Below are positions 48,291 to 57,692 of a DNA stretch of 64,000 nt, piece by piece. The notes beneath the pieces were generated by a model that worked only from the letters and a program-made list of their open reading frames with translations, did no database searches and was not told where the DNA came from. The position numbers and the translations under genes were made by a program. Source of the DNA: an uncultured delta proteobacterium (GTDB lineage: Bacteria > Myxococcota_A > Polyangia > Polyangiales > Polyangiaceae); NCBI GenBank assembly GCA_963716725.1, contig CAVQUB010000034.1, positions 64,001 through 128,000 of the forward strand, in the 5' to 3' direction. Position 1 is the stretch's first letter, and every line of letters begins with the position of its first letter.

Positions 48291-50459
48291 ATGTCGCGTC
48301 TTCTGAGAACGCTGGCGCTGACCGCCGCTGGGGCCGCTTGCGCGCCTGCCTGCGGCAGCGACGAACCGATCGCAGCCGCGCCGGCTGCCTGCGTCGCGTC
48401 GGCGGCTCATCCGCTCGAGGCGGTTGTCGAAAACGTGAGCCTGTACCTCGACGCGCCCGCGAGCGGAGCGCTGGACATTCTGAAGCAAGACGTCTCTGCC
48501 ACCTTGGGTCAACTCTGGGGCCAAGGAGACTTGCCCATCGTCGCTGGCAAGCCCAGCGCCACCGATGCGGTCGCAATCTGGTTCTCGACTTCCGCAGAAG
48601 CTCGCGATCGCATCGGCAGCAAGCTCAGCGAAGGGTTCTCTCTGAAGCGCATCGATGAGGGCGGACGGGTCCTGTTCGTGATCTACGCGCCGGACGAGCA
48701 AAACCTCGCTTACGGCGCTTACGCTTTCCTCGAAGAGCTCGGGGTGCGCTATTTCCACCCCCGCGCGGAGCTCGTACCGAAGTACGCGGGTGTGCGGGTG
48801 CCGACGACCCTCGACCTGTCGCGCCGGCCCGCCTGGAGGATACGGGGCATCCAGGAGCACACGCTGCATCCCATCGAAACCATGACGGTGCTGAACGAAC
48901 CGGGCGCCGAGAACCTGGCCGAGGCCAAGGGCTACATCGACTGGTTGGTGAAGACCGGGCAGAACTTCTTGCAGTGGCCGCTGATGGACGTTCCCTGGGG
49001 GCCGTTTCGCCAACACGCGCAGGCCATCGCCGACTACGCGCACCTGCGCGGGGTGAAGGTGGGCGCGAGCATCGTGCTCTTCGGCGCGTCCGCGCACCAG
49101 AACAACTACGTCTTGATCGAGGACACCACCAGCTGGCAGACGGAACTCGACGCACAGCTCGCCCAATTGCTGGAGGTCGACTGGGACGTGGTCGAGCTCA
49201 CGCTCGGGGAGTTCGTCGGCGAAGATCCGAGCGCCATAGTGACCTGGCTCAATCACGCCACCGATCGCGTCGCCACGACGCACCCGACCACGGAGGTGGC
49301 GACATCGATCCACGTCGGCAACTACCCGAGTCTCTGGGTCGACTACAAAGGCAAGAAGACCTTCTTCTACCACCTGGCCGGCGACGCCGATCCGCGCTTG
49401 ACCGCCAGCGTGCACACCATCGCCTTCTTCGATCTGTACCGACCGTGGGCCACCTATGCCCACGACGACTTCTTCTTCCAGCGCGAGTTCCTTTTCGGCG
49501 AACTCGGCAAGCGCAAGGTGCGCTACTTCCCGGAGTCGGCGTATTGGATCGGCGCCGACGTCGATGTGCCGCAGTTTCTGCCCGAGTACGTCTACGCGCG
49601 CTGGCTGGACATCAGCTCTCTGTCGCGAGACATCCGGGAGAAGAAGCTGCCAAACCTCGACGGCCACGTGCTGTTTTCGTCGGGCAAAGAGTGGGGATTC
49701 TGGCTCAACGACTACCTGACGGCGAAGCTGCAGTGGAACCCCGAGGGTTCGTTTCAAGATCTGATCGGGCACGCGACGGGCGTGTTCGGCGAGTGCAGCG
49801 GCGACGTCACCCAGAGCCTCGAAGGCCTGATCGCGCTTCAGAACGACTACCTCTTCGATCGGCGCTTGGCCGCCTACGTGCAGGGCGAGGACACGGTCCT
49901 CGACCTGGGCTTTCTCGCCGGCATCGAGAGCCATCCGAAGCGAATTCCCTTTCAAGAGGTGGCTGAGCTCGCCCCGGCTGAGCAGGAAGCCTTCGAGAGA
50001 GACGTGCTCGGTGGCTTACTCGAGATGACCAAGAAGCTCGCGCCCTTCGAGCATTCGCTGGCGACCCGCTGCGCCCACGCCGAGCCGGCCCTCGCGCCCT
50101 GGTGCGACGAGTTGGTGGACGGCTTCGCCATCAATCGCCTGCGCGCCGAGCACTCGGTTTGGCTGTACCGAGCGGTCATCGACTGGGCGCGCGGCGGCAA
50201 GAGCCACGGCTCGCACCTGGCTCGCGCTCGCAAGGTCACTGCGCAAGCCGAGACCGTGATCGCGCGACGTGAAGCCGGCTACCGCTATCCGCTCGGGCGA
50301 CTGGTCGATGCCTACGTCAACCCGACCGTCTACGACTTTGGCTACCTGCGCCAAGCGCATGTGGCCTGCTTCTGGCATCGGCAGGATCTCCAAGTCGAGA
50401 CGCTGCTGACCGAGGGTGTGGCCGCGCCACTCTCGACCTTGCCGACCTGCCTGGATTGA
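48291..50459 (+). CDS. Large lipoprotein with GH20/GH67-like N-terminal domain, possible glycoside hydrolase
   Basis: Lipobox APAC; YGAYAFLEELGVRYFHP..PAWRIRG pattern. Confidence 0.6.
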   Translation: MSRLLRTLALTAAGAACAPACGSDEPIAAAPAACVASAAHPLEAVVENVSLYLDAPASGALDILKQDVSATLGQLWGQGDLPIVAGKPSATDAVAIWFSTSAEARDRIGSKLSEGFSLKRIDEGGRVLFVIYAPDEQNLAYGAYAFLEELGVRYFHPRAELVPKYAGVRVPTTLDLSRRPAWRIRGIQEHTLHPIETMTVLNEPGAENLAEAKGYIDWLVKTGQNFLQWPLMDVPWGPFRQHAQAIADYAHLRGVKVGASIVLFGASAHQNNYVLIEDTTSWQTELDAQLAQLLEVDWDVVELTLGEFVGEDPSAIVTWLNHATDRVATTHPTTEVATSIHVGNYPSLWVDYKGKKTFFYHLAGDADPRLTASVHTIAFFDLYRPWATYAHDDFFFQREFLFGELGKRKVRYFPESAYWIGADVDVPQFLPEYVYARWLDISSLSRDIREKKLPNLDGHVLFSSGKEWGFWLNDYLTAKLQWNPEGSFQDLIGHATGVFGECSGDVTQSLEGLIALQNDYLFDRRLAAYVQGEDTVLDLGFLAGIESHPKRIPFQEVAELAPAEQEAFERDVLGGLLEMTKKLAPFEHSLATRCAHAEPALAPWCDELVDGFAINRLRAEHSVWLYRAVIDWARGGKSHGSHLARARKVTAQAETVIARREAGYRYPLGRLVDAYVNPTVYDFGYLRQAHVACFWHRQDLQVETLLTEGVAAPLSTLPTCLD

Positions 50460-50560
50460 CGGCGCGGGCAGGCACGCGCCCAGTTTGGAGCAGAGCTCCC
50501 TCTCCAGCTCTCCGGTCGCGCGGGTAGATCGCCCGGCGGGGAAGCGTAGAATCGCGGGCC

Positions 50561-52711
50561 ATGCGCCGCGTCGCCCAAGGTCTCGCCCTTCTCTTGGTCG
50601 CCTGCGCCGGCGCTCCTCCACCGGCCGTGCAAAAGCCTGAGCGAGTCGCGGTGGTCGAGGTCAAGCCGGAGCCCGAGAAGCCCGAGCCCCCCGAGCCCCT
50701 CGCCGCCGAAGACGTCGAGCTCACCCAGACGAGCGAGTTCATCGCGCTGAGCCTCGGCAGCATCCAGCCGAAGCTCTTGACCGACGACGAGCTCCTGCGG
50801 CGCTTGCCCGCGGCGGCGAAGCGTGAGTTCCAAGCGGTCGAGCGCGCCCGCGCGTCTGCGCGTAACGCGAGGGCGAAGGAGAACCAGGCTGCCGCAGAGC
50901 TCTACGGCTGCGACGACTGCGAACCGAACGCGGCCCTCGAGATCAAGCACAAGCGAGCCTTGAAGGCAGTCGAGAACGCCCACGACGGGCTCGCCAGAAC
51001 CAAAGCGCACGCCGAGAAGTCTCTGGACAAGCAGCTCGATGCGCCCAAAGCCGCGCCTGAGATTGGCATCGCCCTCGCTCGCATCGAGTCACGCGGCTTC
51101 GAGCTCGCGGCTGACGATGGCAGCAGCCCTGCGGTCGAGTACGCTGAGGAGCAGTCGAGCGCGCGCGGCGCGGACGCGCTCGGTCGCGCGCTTCCGCTCG
51201 CCGGTCCGGACCAGGAGCCCGGGCAGCGAGTGCGCCAAGAGCTCTTGAACCGACTCTGGTCGAAGCGTGGCGCAGCGCGCGCCCGGCAGATCATCGATGA
51301 GCTTCTCGCTTCGGGACCACGCGAGTGGCGCGCCGAGCTTCGCTTTCGCGCGGCGCTGTTCGACGCCCTCGACGGGGACGACGCCAAGGCCGCCGAGGCC
51401 TTCGAGCAAGGGCTCCGGGAACACGTCTCGGGAAGCGGCGTGACGCGTGAGACGCTCGCGACCGGCGCGCTCTTCGCCCGCTACCGGGCGCTGGATTTCG
51501 AGCGAACCCTCGGCGCCGCGATGCGCGTCTTCGAAGAGGCCAATCGGCCGGCGCCACCTCCGCCCGAGCCTCCGGCCGCGCCGGTGGCCAAGCCCACGCC
51601 CACCAAGAAATGGTCGAAGCGGCCCTCGGCCGCTGCCGCCCGCAACGCCGCACTGCTCGGCGAGTTCGGAATGTTGGGCATGTTCTCGTCGTCCTTTGCG
51701 AGCAGGCTGGGCGAGCGCGGCGTGGGGCGCTTGGCGGCCGACGCCGTTGAGCGACTGGGCCGCGATCCGACCAGCATCGTAGGGCCGGCGCGCGCGAAGG
51801 CTGCGGTTCTGTCCCTTTTGGCCGCACGAGCGCTCTACCGCAACGACGTCGTGAAGGCGCGGCGCCTGGCCGAGGCGGCGCGTTCGCTCGGAGCCTTGGC
51901 CGAGACTCGCAATGCGATCAAAGTGCTGCACGCGTTGGCGCTGCGCGACGACGACATGCCGCGGGCGAAGGCGTTGCAAGAGCAGGCCTCGAAGCTGCCC
52001 TGGGGCGGCGCTACGTTCGGGCACCAAGCCGAGCCCGACCTCCGCGGCCTGGAGGCGTACCTGCGAGACTCCAAGTCGGTTCACGCCAAAGTCCAAGGAC
52101 GAAACGACAAAGCGAAGGAGCCCGAAGTTGCGAACAACGTCCGTTCGGCGTTGCGTGCGTGTCTCGAGCCGGTGCGAAAGCGCCTGCCCGCAGCCATCGG
52201 CACGGGCAAGGACCGACGGATTGCGACAATCACTCTGATTGCGAAGGTCTTCGAGGACGGCCATGCGGAGCTCGACGTGGACGCCGATCGCAAAGACGAT
52301 GGCATCGCACAGGTCCTCGTGTGCCTGAAGGGCTTGGGTCCGCACGCGCTCGCGCACGCCCCGTCGAGCGTGAGTGCGAAGATCGTGCTCAACGACTCCG
52401 CGCGCTTCCGCAACACTTGGGGCGGGGGTTCTGGCATCGGCGGCCTCTTCGGCGAGGGCGAGATCGGCCAATCGTTCGGGTCCGGCGGCCTCGGCCTGCG
52501 CGGGAGCGGCGGGCTGGGTGTGCGCGGGGGCGGCGGCGGCACGGGGATCGGCGGGATCGGCGGGCTGGGTGTGCGCGGGAGCGGCGGCGGCGGCGGAACC
52601 GGGCGCGGCTACGGCGGGATGCGCTTGGGCGGGAAGAAGCCGATGAAGAAGCCAGTGCCTCCGCAGCCGCCACCCACGCCAGCGCCTATGGCGAAGCCGC
52701 CGACGAAGTAA
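50561..52711 (+). CDS. Hypothetical helical (TPR-like) lipoprotein with Gly-rich tail
   Basis: Lipobox LVAC; Ala-rich helices; GEIGQSFGSGGLGLRGSG motif. Confidence 0.65.
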   Translation: MRRVAQGLALLLVACAGAPPPAVQKPERVAVVEVKPEPEKPEPPEPLAAEDVELTQTSEFIALSLGSIQPKLLTDDELLRRLPAAAKREFQAVERARASARNARAKENQAAAELYGCDDCEPNAALEIKHKRALKAVENAHDGLARTKAHAEKSLDKQLDAPKAAPEIGIALARIESRGFELAADDGSSPAVEYAEEQSSARGADALGRALPLAGPDQEPGQRVRQELLNRLWSKRGAARARQIIDELLASGPREWRAELRFRAALFDALDGDDAKAAEAFEQGLREHVSGSGVTRETLATGALFARYRALDFERTLGAAMRVFEEANRPAPPPPEPPAAPVAKPTPTKKWSKRPSAAAARNAALLGEFGMLGMFSSSFASRLGERGVGRLAADAVERLGRDPTSIVGPARAKAAVLSLLAARALYRNDVVKARRLAEAARSLGALAETRNAIKVLHALALRDDDMPRAKALQEQASKLPWGGATFGHQAEPDLRGLEAYLRDSKSVHAKVQGRNDKAKEPEVANNVRSALRACLEPVRKRLPAAIGTGKDRRIATITLIAKVFEDGHAELDVDADRKDDGIAQVLVCLKGLGPHALAHAPSSVSAKIVLNDSARFRNTWGGGSGIGGLFGEGEIGQSFGSGGLGLRGSGGLGVRGGGGGTGIGGIGGLGVRGSGGGGGTGRGYGGMRLGGKKPMKKPVPPQPPPTPAPMAKPPTK

Positions 52712-52806
52712 CAAGCGGCGTCCACCACTGGTCCAGATCGCGCCCATGCTCCGAGAGCAGACTCACTCACGCAACGGGCCGTGCCCTTCCGCTAGGATTG
52801 CGAGCG

Positions 52807-53754
52807 ATGAACCCCTTGCTCTCGGACGCCACGACGCGGTGGCTGCTCGCCGGTGATCCGACGGTGGTCTGGCAAGTGCAGCGCGATTTGCTCGGGAGAG
52901 CAGCGTCCACGTGGCAGGCGACTCGACGCAAGATCGCCACCCAGGGCTGGGGAGCGCGATTGCTCGCGCGGCGCGCCGCTGACGGTACGTGGGGCGGCGG
53001 GCTCTACAACCCCAAGTGGACGTCGACCTTCTACACGCTGCAACTCCTCACGCAGTTGGGACTCGCACCGAACAACTCCCAGGGCAGGTCCAGCTGCCGC
53101 TTGCTGCTACGGGAAGGAGTCACCACCGGCGGTGGCGTATCGCTCTGGCCGTCGCGGTCCACCGACACCTGCGTGACTGCGATGCTGCTGCACATGGCCT
53201 GCCACTTCGGCTTTGGGCGGGACGAGCGCGTAGAGCGCATGACCCAATGGCTGCTCGGGGAGCAGATGAGCGACGGCGGCTGGAATTGCCGCCGCGAGCA
53301 CAAAGGCGCCACTCATTCCTCGTTTCACACCACCATCAGCACACTGGAAGCGCTGGCGGCGCTGCCCGCGACACCGGGGCGTCGGCGAGCCGTCGACAAA
53401 GCGCTCAGAGCGGGTCGGGAGTTCTTCCTTCAGCATCAGCTGTATCGCTCTTCGAGCACCGGCGGCATCGTGCGACCGTCGTTCTCACGGCTGTCATTCC
53501 CGCCTCGGTGGTACTTCGACCTGCTCCGGGGTCTGGAGCATTTCGCCATGGTCCGAGCAAACTGGGATCCGCGGCTCGCCGACCCGGTTGCGGTGCTCGA
53601 TTCACGCCGCGACAAGCGCGACCGATGGCACGCGCAGAACCCGCACCCGGGACTCGAGCACTTCCAACTCGAAGCCGGGCGCGCCCCAAGTCGGATCAAC
53701 ACGCTGCGCGCGTTGCGCGTGTTGAGCTGGGTGAACGCGAGCCGCCCAGGCTAG
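52807..53754 (+). CDS. Prenyltransferase/squalene-cyclase-like repeat protein
   Basis: WLLAGDP, DGTWGGGLY.PKW, QMSDGGWNC, FPPRWYFDLLRGL. Confidence 0.75.
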   Translation: MNPLLSDATTRWLLAGDPTVVWQVQRDLLGRAASTWQATRRKIATQGWGARLLARRAADGTWGGGLYNPKWTSTFYTLQLLTQLGLAPNNSQGRSSCRLLLREGVTTGGGVSLWPSRSTDTCVTAMLLHMACHFGFGRDERVERMTQWLLGEQMSDGGWNCRREHKGATHSSFHTTISTLEALAALPATPGRRRAVDKALRAGREFFLQHQLYRSSSTGGIVRPSFSRLSFPPRWYFDLLRGLEHFAMVRANWDPRLADPVAVLDSRRDKRDRWHAQNPHPGLEHFQLEAGRAPSRINTLRALRVLSWVNASRPG

Positions 53755-53837
53755 AGGCTGGGAAAACGACGCATCGAACGCGGCGTCCACCTCGTCACGG
53801 CTGCTGACCCGAACGGCTCGCGGTGCTACCGAGGGGC

Positions 53838-54527
53838 ATGCGCACCCTCGCCACGACCTCGCCGCTACTCACCCTGGTTGGGCTGATTGCCTGCGGCTCG
53901 CCGCCGAAGCAGGCCGCAGCACCTGCGGCGACGTCCGACGCTGCGCCCGCGGGTCAGGCCGACACACCCGAGACGCTTCCCGAAACCGCCGCGCCGGCTG
54001 CCCGATCGGCGGCGCATGCCTGCGAGGCGGGAAAGGCCTCCGAGTGCATCGCGCTCGGCGTGGGCTATCAGAACGGCGCCCTCGGTCTGCCGGCCAGCGA
54101 CGCGCGGGCCGCGGATTTGTATCAGCGCGCTTGCGATCTCGGCGACACGAAGGGCTGCAACAACCTCGCCGTGATGTTCGAGAAGGGCGAAGGTCGCGCC
54201 GCCGACGCCAAGCGGGCCTTGGAGCTCTACGGGAAGTCCTGCGAAGCGAAGCACGCCCTTGCCTGCCGCAACCTCGGGCGCTTCTACCGCGATGGCCTCG
54301 GAGGGAGCGCCGACGCCGCGAAGGCCAAGGCCGCGTTCGGCACGGCCCGGGAGCTTTCGACTCGAGCCTGTGGCTCTGGCGTTGCGGAGGGCTGCTCGAA
54401 TCTGGGCTTCATGTATCGGAGTGGCGCCGAAGGGATCGCCAAGGACGAGAAGCGCGCGACCGAGTACCTGAAGCGTGCGTGCCAGCTGGGTTATCGGGCC
54501 GTCTGCTCGTTGGTGAGTCCCCAATGA
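53838..54527 (+). CDS. Sel1-repeat (HcpB-like) lipoprotein
   Basis: YQRACDLG..GCNNL, ACRNLG, GCSNLG repeats. Confidence 0.88.
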   Translation: MRTLATTSPLLTLVGLIACGSPPKQAAAPAATSDAAPAGQADTPETLPETAAPAARSAAHACEAGKASECIALGVGYQNGALGLPASDARAADLYQRACDLGDTKGCNNLAVMFEKGEGRAADAKRALELYGKSCEAKHALACRNLGRFYRDGLGGSADAAKAKAAFGTARELSTRACGSGVAEGCSNLGFMYRSGAEGIAKDEKRATEYLKRACQLGYRAVCSLVSPQ

Positions 54528-54558
54528 CTCTCCAGAGCGCGGCTGATAGCATCGCCGC

Positions 54559-55167
54559 ATGTTCCGACGAGGCACGGCCCTGATCCTCACGCTGACACTA
54601 CAGATGGGAGCCTGTGGCTCCACCTCGGACCAGGCAGAGGGCACGGCGTCGACATACACGTGCAAGAACCCAACCGCGGCCGTCGTTGCCTACGACAGCG
54701 GCTACGTGTCTTGTGACGGTTATTGGTCGCACCGCTCCGCGGTCGTGGCGTGCCAGACCAGCGTGCCCAGGGCCGGTTTTGTCTGCCAAGGCAACGTTGG
54801 AACACCGGGCTGCGCCACCGACGCAGACTGCGCGGGAACGCCCAACGGTTACTGCGCCTTCGGCCCGCCGGGCACCTGCGGGTGCCTCAGCGGCTGCCGT
54901 CAAGACGCCGACTGTGGAGCAGGGTTCGTCTGCGCATGCAACGAGGTCATGGGGAGTTGTGTGAAGGCGACCTGCAAGAGCGACGCTGATTGCAGCAACG
55001 GCAACCTGTGCGCAACCTACGATGCAATGCCGCACTGCGGGCAAACCGTGTTCGCATGCCAGAAGGGCGAAGACCAATGCGCGTCCTCGTCCGACTGCCC
55101 CGACAACCAGGGGTGCACCATTGCCGGTGGCCGCCGGGTTTGCCAGCCGCCGGATTGCGTCCAGTAG
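54559..55167 (+). CDS. Cys-rich lipoprotein
   Basis: Lipobox MGAC; CxxDADC repeats. Confidence 0.75.
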   Translation: MFRRGTALILTLTLQMGACGSTSDQAEGTASTYTCKNPTAAVVAYDSGYVSCDGYWSHRSAVVACQTSVPRAGFVCQGNVGTPGCATDADCAGTPNGYCAFGPPGTCGCLSGCRQDADCGAGFVCACNEVMGSCVKATCKSDADCSNGNLCATYDAMPHCGQTVFACQKGEDQCASSSDCPDNQGCTIAGGRRVCQPPDCVQ

Positions 55168-55588
55168 TTGGAGCGCCGGCGCAGCACCGGCACCAGCTGG
55201 CACGCTGACTCGAAGACGACGCCTCCAAGTCCTGGCTGATCCTGGTGGGGTCGGTCAAACCGTGGGAATCGTCGACGCCCAGCTGTCAGGTCAACGGTTG
55301 GATCAAACCAGACAGTCTCACTGGCGGCTTTCTCTATCTTCCTGGCGAGCAGTCACCGACCACATTCGGTCTCTGACAGGGCACCCGAGCGTCCGGGCGC
55401 GTAGTGCGCGAGGCGCACCGTCAGGTGGAGGGCCCTCTCCGTGCGCTGCACATCCGCCGCGGAACCCGCACACGCCCCAGGCCGGTGCTCGGGGTCGCGG
55501 ACGTTCGCGCCGTCAAGACGGACGTTCGAGCCTGGCGGTCGCCTCCGCGAGGCCCCATCTCCGGAGGTTCCAAGAGGAGGAACGAATC

Positions 55589-56201
55589 ATGAAACTTCAC
55601 GGCCATCCGCTCTCCCAGAACTGCCGTCGCCCGGACCTGGTTGCCAAGCACCTCGGGCTCGATCTCGAGCAGGTCACTGTCGACTTCAAAGATTCTGAAG
55701 AGCCCGGCGTTCTTGCAGTTGAATCCGGCGGGCCGCATCCCGGTGCTGGTCGATGGCGATTTCGTGCTCAGCGAGTCCCGAGCCATCGCCCAGTACCTCG
55801 CCGGCAAGAAGCCCGGCTTGATGCCCTCCGATGAGCGCGGACGCGCCGACGTGGCGCGCTGGCAGTTCTGGGACGGCCAGCACTTCTCGTCGCCGCTCGG
55901 CACCCTCGCCTTCGAGAAGCTGCTCAAGCCCATGATGGGCATGGGCGAACCCTCGGAGACGGCCGTGACGAACGCGCTCTCGCGCTACGAGGCCTCGGCC
56001 AAGGTGCTCGACGGACACCTCGCCAAGAACGAGTGGCTGGTGGGCAAGAGCATGACCGTGGCGGATCTCTCCGTCGCCGCGTCGATGGCCTACGCGCTGC
56101 CGTCCGGAGCACCGATCGATCCCTATCCGCACCTGAAGGCCTGGTTCGGACGGATCCGCGAGCTGCCGGCCTGGCAGGCGACCGAGCCGAAGACCGGGTG
56201 A
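55589..56201 (+). pseudogene. Glutathione S-transferase with a +1 frameshift (~55694), possibly a sequencing error
   Basis: SD GAGGAGG; MKLHGHPLSQNCRR..VDFKD then LKSPAFLQLNPAGRIPVL..SESRAI in the next frame. Confidence 0.85.
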
Positions 56202-56204
56202 CGC

Positions 56205-57416
56205 TCAGGCGTCTCGCTCAGCGCTCAGGCGAATGAGCTGGGGCGTGGCCCGGGGGCCGCAGTTGCACACGAAACCCCCGGGCGAACGCGCCGGCAGCGA
56301 GGCCCCCAGCGCGTCCCAGACCTCCGGCGACTCGAGGCAGAGCGAGACGCGGCTCTCGGGCAGGTGTGCGCGGACGATGGCGCTGATCTCCGAGTAGATG
56401 CGCGCGCGCGTGTGCTCGGGGAAGGGCGCGCCCTTGTCGCCGCGCAGTGACTTCGCCGCCGCGCGAGCCGCTTCGAGCGCGCCAGAATCGAGCATGCCGA
56501 GGGGTACGATCCGCGGCAGCTCGTCGAGCTCGATCATGCTGAGGGTCCAGAAAGTGAAGAGCTCGGGAGAGCCGGCTCGGGCGATGCGGCGCGCGAGATC
56601 GTCGTAGGCGTCGCGATAGCCCGCGAAGGGCACGATGGGCGAGAAGCGGACGCGGACCGGATAGCCCGCACGGTGCAGCGCACCAAGCGCCTCGATGCGC
56701 GACGCCGGAGAGGGCGCGCCTTGCTCCAGGAGATCCGCGATGGGCTCGGGCGTGAGGGTGAACGAGGCCGCGGTCCGGCCGGCGTGGTCGAGATCGACCA
56801 GGTGCTCGACGCGGTCGCCCTTCGAATAGAGCAGCAGCGTCGGCCCACCGAGCCGCGCGAAGCGCTGGACCAAGGCCGCGGACAGTCCGTACTCGGGCTC
56901 GAGCGCCAGGGTGTCGCTGCGATTGTTCAGCTTCCACAGGGTCTGGCTCGGCCGTGACTTCACCAAGGCTTCCACCCGGTCCACGAAGGTCTCCACGTCG
57001 AGTCGGACGCATACGAACGAGGTGTATGGACAGTAGGCGCAATCGAAAGGACAACCGACCACCGATTGCACCTCGATGGCGGTCTGACACAAGACGCCGT
57101 GCTGCTGCGCCTGGGTGCGCCCGTTGCGGATCTCTCGCCACGAGTAGCCCGGAAATACCTCGCGCACCGCCGGGCCGTCGCCGAAGCGCGCGAAGGCGAC
57201 CAGGTCCTTGGGCTGCCCGCGGCCATCGAGCCCCGCCCGCGGCCGACCCGAGCGCGGACCGAGGGCCGAGATGCGCCGCTCGACCTCGTCGTCATCGAGG
57301 ATCTCGACCTTGCTCGACTCCACGAAGGGCAGCATCGCCTCGAGGCGACCCCGGCTGGGCGGATCCGTCAGCACGCTGCGAGCGATCAGCACACGTTCGG
57401 ATCGAAGCGGCTCCAC
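56205..57416 (-). CDS. Radical SAM protein, spore photoproduct lyase-like
   Basis: GCPFDCAYC, SDTLALE, SRIEAL..AGYPVRVRFSPI, LCLES.EVW. Start inferred. Confidence 0.78.
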   Translation of the reverse strand: MEPLRSERVLIARSVLTDPPSRGRLEAMLPFVESSKVEILDDDEVERRISALGPRSGRPRAGLDGRGQPKDLVAFARFGDGPAVREVFPGYSWREIRNGRTQAQQHGVLCQTAIEVQSVVGCPFDCAYCPYTSFVCVRLDVETFVDRVEALVKSRPSQTLWKLNNRSDTLALEPEYGLSAALVQRFARLGGPTLLLYSKGDRVEHLVDLDHAGRTAASFTLTPEPIADLLEQGAPSPASRIEALGALHRAGYPVRVRFSPIVPFAGYRDAYDDLARRIARAGSPELFTFWTLSMIELDELPRIVPLGMLDSGALEAARAAAKSLRGDKGAPFPEHTRARIYSEISAIVRAHLPESRVSLCLESPEVWDALGASLPARSPGGFVCNCGPRATPQLIRLSAERDA

Positions 57417-57692
57417 CCTGAGATCGTGCCGTGCATTGGCACAAAGCGCCAAGAATCTAGGGACTGTCCCGATCCGAAGCTGCCGCTCGCGGATCCGCAC
57501 CCACTGGCGCCCGCCAACGCACGAACCAGCGTCAGCTCCATTCGTCTTGCGCCAACCGCTAGGCAGTTCGCGCCAACGGGGGGCATCTGCACGCCTTCCC
57601 ACGGATACCGTTGAAACGATGGCGCGTCGCCGAGCCATCGCAGCCACCAGGATAGATGGCGAGGGAACTCGGCGCACAACGCGGAGGAGAAA

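Noticed and set aside
57457..57580. CTAGGGACTGTCC IS-end-like motif and GCGCCAAC repeats
   Set aside because: Too short, with no partner end or transposase; not distinguishable from chance by eye.
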